DNA of 64,000 nt from positions 1-64,000 of the forward strand of contig JANOQV010000164.1 in the NCBI GenBank assembly GCA_031414955.1, given 5' to 3'. Shown in pieces: positions 62,161 through 64,000 of the stretch (positions are counted from its first letter, which is position 1; each line of letters starts with the position of its first letter). The translations under genes and the position numbers were made by a program. The notes under the pieces are model-generated. The model did no database searches and had not been told where the DNA came from. It saw only the letters and a program-made list of their open reading frames with translations. Source of the stretch: Pedosphaera sp. (GTDB lineage: Bacteria > Verrucomicrobiota > Verrucomicrobiia > Limisphaerales > SIBH01).

Positions 62161-62961
62161 ATGAACACGCCAGACATTCACCCACAAAAGAGGGCGACAT
62201 GGGCCATCGGTGGCCTGCTCGTGGTGCTGGCCATCACGGGCTACTTCATGGGCCTCCAGCAAAGCGCGCACATCAGCCTCTCACGTCCGGGGGTCACGCC
62301 GACCGCCGATTCGATTGCCCGGAACGAAGCCGCATCCAACACTGTTCCTGGCATCGTCAGCTACGCGCAGGTGGATCGGGAGAAAATTGGTCCCAACGCC
62401 GGGTTCGCCAGTCACCTCAGCACACTGGTCAAGCCCGGTGCCATCGCCGTCATCTCCACCAACGCCACCGAGGAAGAGCGCGCCGGGGTGCTCGCCCAGC
62501 GCCAGTCCCGCCGTGCCTTCGATGGCGCGCCGCCGGTCGTGCCGCATCCCATCCCGCAGGAATCCACTGCGGCGTGCCTGGCCTGTCACGCGAATGGACT
62601 GGCCATCAAGGATCGCGTCGCGTCGAAGATCAGTCACGCGCCTTACGGCGGCTGCACGCAGTGCCATGTGCCGGCCAAGACCGGGCCGCGCATTTCCGCC
62701 GACCCATTCCTGCTCGCGGCGCTCGCAGACAATGCTTTTACCGGCGCAACCACCCCGACGAAAGGCGAGCGCGCCTTTCCCGGCGCTCCGCCGACCACGC
62801 CGCACAGCACGCTCATGCGCAGCGATTGCAACAGTTGCCATGGACCGACCGGCCTGTTCGGTCTGCGCACGCCGCATCCCGACCGTCAATCCTGTGTGCA
62901 GTGCCATGTTCCGAACGCCGAACTCGACCAGCGCACGCGGCCCGGTAATCTCAAACCGTGA
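62161..62961 (+). CDS. napB: NapB-like cytochrome c with duplicated diheme unit (four CxxCH)
   Basis: RAFDGAPPVVPH-CLACH-SH-CTQCHV followed by RAFPGAPPTTPH-CNSCH-PH-CVQCHV; N-terminal hydrophobic helix. Confidence 0.8.
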   Translation: MNTPDIHPQKRATWAIGGLLVVLAITGYFMGLQQSAHISLSRPGVTPTADSIARNEAASNTVPGIVSYAQVDREKIGPNAGFASHLSTLVKPGAIAVISTNATEEERAGVLAQRQSRRAFDGAPPVVPHPIPQESTAACLACHANGLAIKDRVASKISHAPYGGCTQCHVPAKTGPRISADPFLLAALADNAFTGATTPTKGERAFPGAPPTTPHSTLMRSDCNSCHGPTGLFGLRTPHPDRQSCVQCHVPNAELDQRTRPGNLKP

Positions 62962-63326
62962 AATACTCACGCCGAGGATTGTTCTCGCTGTTCGCCCGGC
63001 CGCTTCAGTCGCAAGCGGCCACCGCGCGGGCCGTGCTCACATCCGTGGCCGAATCGCCGCGCGGCCTGGCGGCGGTTTCTGATTCGACCGCGGGTGCGGT
63101 GAAACGGGTGGCCGTTCTTCAAGGCCGCCATTGCCTCGCCCTCACGTCGTTCTGCTCGGTGTGCGTGGAACGCTGCCCCGTGCCCGGTGCAATGATCTCC
63201 AATCGCGGCCTGCCGATGGTGGTGGGCGAGGTCTGCACGGGCTGTGCGGTCTGTCATGAGGTTTGTCCCGCTCCCACCAACGCCATCCTGATGTTGCCTC
63301 GCCGTCCGCCACCATCACCTGCATGA
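62958..63326 (+). CDS. NapF/NapG-like 2x[4Fe-4S] ferredoxin
   Basis: SRRGLF; C....FCSVCVERCP; CTGCAVCHEVCP. Confidence 0.8.
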   Translation: MKYSRRGLFSLFARPLQSQAATARAVLTSVAESPRGLAAVSDSTAGAVKRVAVLQGRHCLALTSFCSVCVERCPVPGAMISNRGLPMVVGEVCTGCAVCHEVCPAPTNAILMLPRRPPPSPA

Positions 63327-63670
63327 GCCATCCCATCCCTCCGGAGCCGGAAGAGAATCAGCCGCCCAAGCTGCCGGACTTGAATCAGGCGCTGCTCGAC
63401 TGGCCGGGCGTGGAAGCGTTGCTCCGCGACATCGAGGCCTGCACCGAAGTGACGGAGATCATTCCCAAGTCGGTCGCCCAAGGCTACGTGCCGGAGAATG
63501 GAGTGTTGACGCTGGCCGAGGCGCGGCAGTTGCTAGCGCAGCGCGCCGTGCGGGCGTTGCAGATTCGCTACCGTCACAACGGCGCTGAATGGTGGGACAC
63601 GCTGATGGTTTTGCCGGACGGCTGGCGGCTGGTGCGCATACGCCACGAGTTTGAGCCGCCAACGGCTTGA
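63323..63670 (+). CDS. hypothetical protein, translationally coupled to the nap cluster
   Basis: ATGA overlap with the upstream stop; protein-like composition (QIRYRHNGAEWWDTL). Confidence 0.7.
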   Translation: MSHPIPPEPEENQPPKLPDLNQALLDWPGVEALLRDIEACTEVTEIIPKSVAQGYVPENGVLTLAEARQLLAQRAVRALQIRYRHNGAEWWDTLMVLPDGWRLVRIRHEFEPPTA

Positions 63671-63685
63671 GCCAGCGAGGTTTTT

Positions 63686-64000
63686 CTACGTCGGCCGCCC
63701 CACGGAGATGTGTTCCACGGCGGGAATCGGACGGAACGGCGCTTCGAGAAAGCGGTTGGCGTCCACAATCACCGGCTGCCGCATCGCCGGAATCAATTCC
63801 GGCCACGCGGCGGTGCGGAAGGCGGGCCACTCCGTGCAAACCACCGCCGCCTCCGCACCATGCAAGGCCGCGCCCAGGTCCACCGAGAGAGTGATGGCTG
63901 CCAGTTCCGGCGGCAGTGACTGCACGGCCGGGTCATGCGCCTGGACACGCGCGCCGGCCGCGAGCAGTTGCTGGCACAGTTCCACCGCCGCGCTGCGGCG
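63686..64000 (-). CDS. UDP-glucose/GDP-mannose dehydrogenase family, C-terminal part (runs off the window)
   Basis: RRSAAVELC..L...GA.V.AHDP, AAVVCTEWPAF, IVDANRFL. Confidence 0.8.
   Translation of the reverse strand, partial: RRSAAVELCQQLLAAGARVQAHDPAVQSLPPELAAITLSVDLGAALHGAEAAVVCTEWPAFRTAAWPELIPAMRQPVIVDANRFLEAPFRPIPAVEHISVGRPT

Overview
GC-rich bacterial chromosome segment, most likely Verrucomicrobiota (Pedosphaerales/Limisphaerales-like). This is an inference from the prepilin/H-X9-DG protein, the ECF-Ser/Thr kinase module and secreted proteins ending in an FYR tail. Housekeeping genes (purL, dctA, purF, accA, manA-type, ppaC, parA, nth, lipoate ligase) flank three accessory blocks. (1) A small nuclease/HicAB/MazF islet at 9.4-11.2 kb. 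(2) A 29-kb locus with an ECF sigma factor, two paralogous kinase-TM-WD40 proteins and five large modular secreted proteins that share a C-terminal ...FYR(L/I/V) domain. (3) A periplasmic nitrate reductase cluster (napD-A-B-F-like, tetraheme NapB) divergent from a tetraheme cytochrome/DsrO-like/DsrP-like module, with no napC or napGH. The most unusual sequence-level signals are four different heptamer-repeat palindromes that sit in frame at the same two loop positions of the two near-identical kinase domains, and a complete 162-bp MITE (20-bp TIRs, 9-bp TSD) that rewrote the C-terminus of the DsrP-like gene. Several REPIN-like palindromes are present. No tRNA, rRNA, CRISPR array or transposase was seen.
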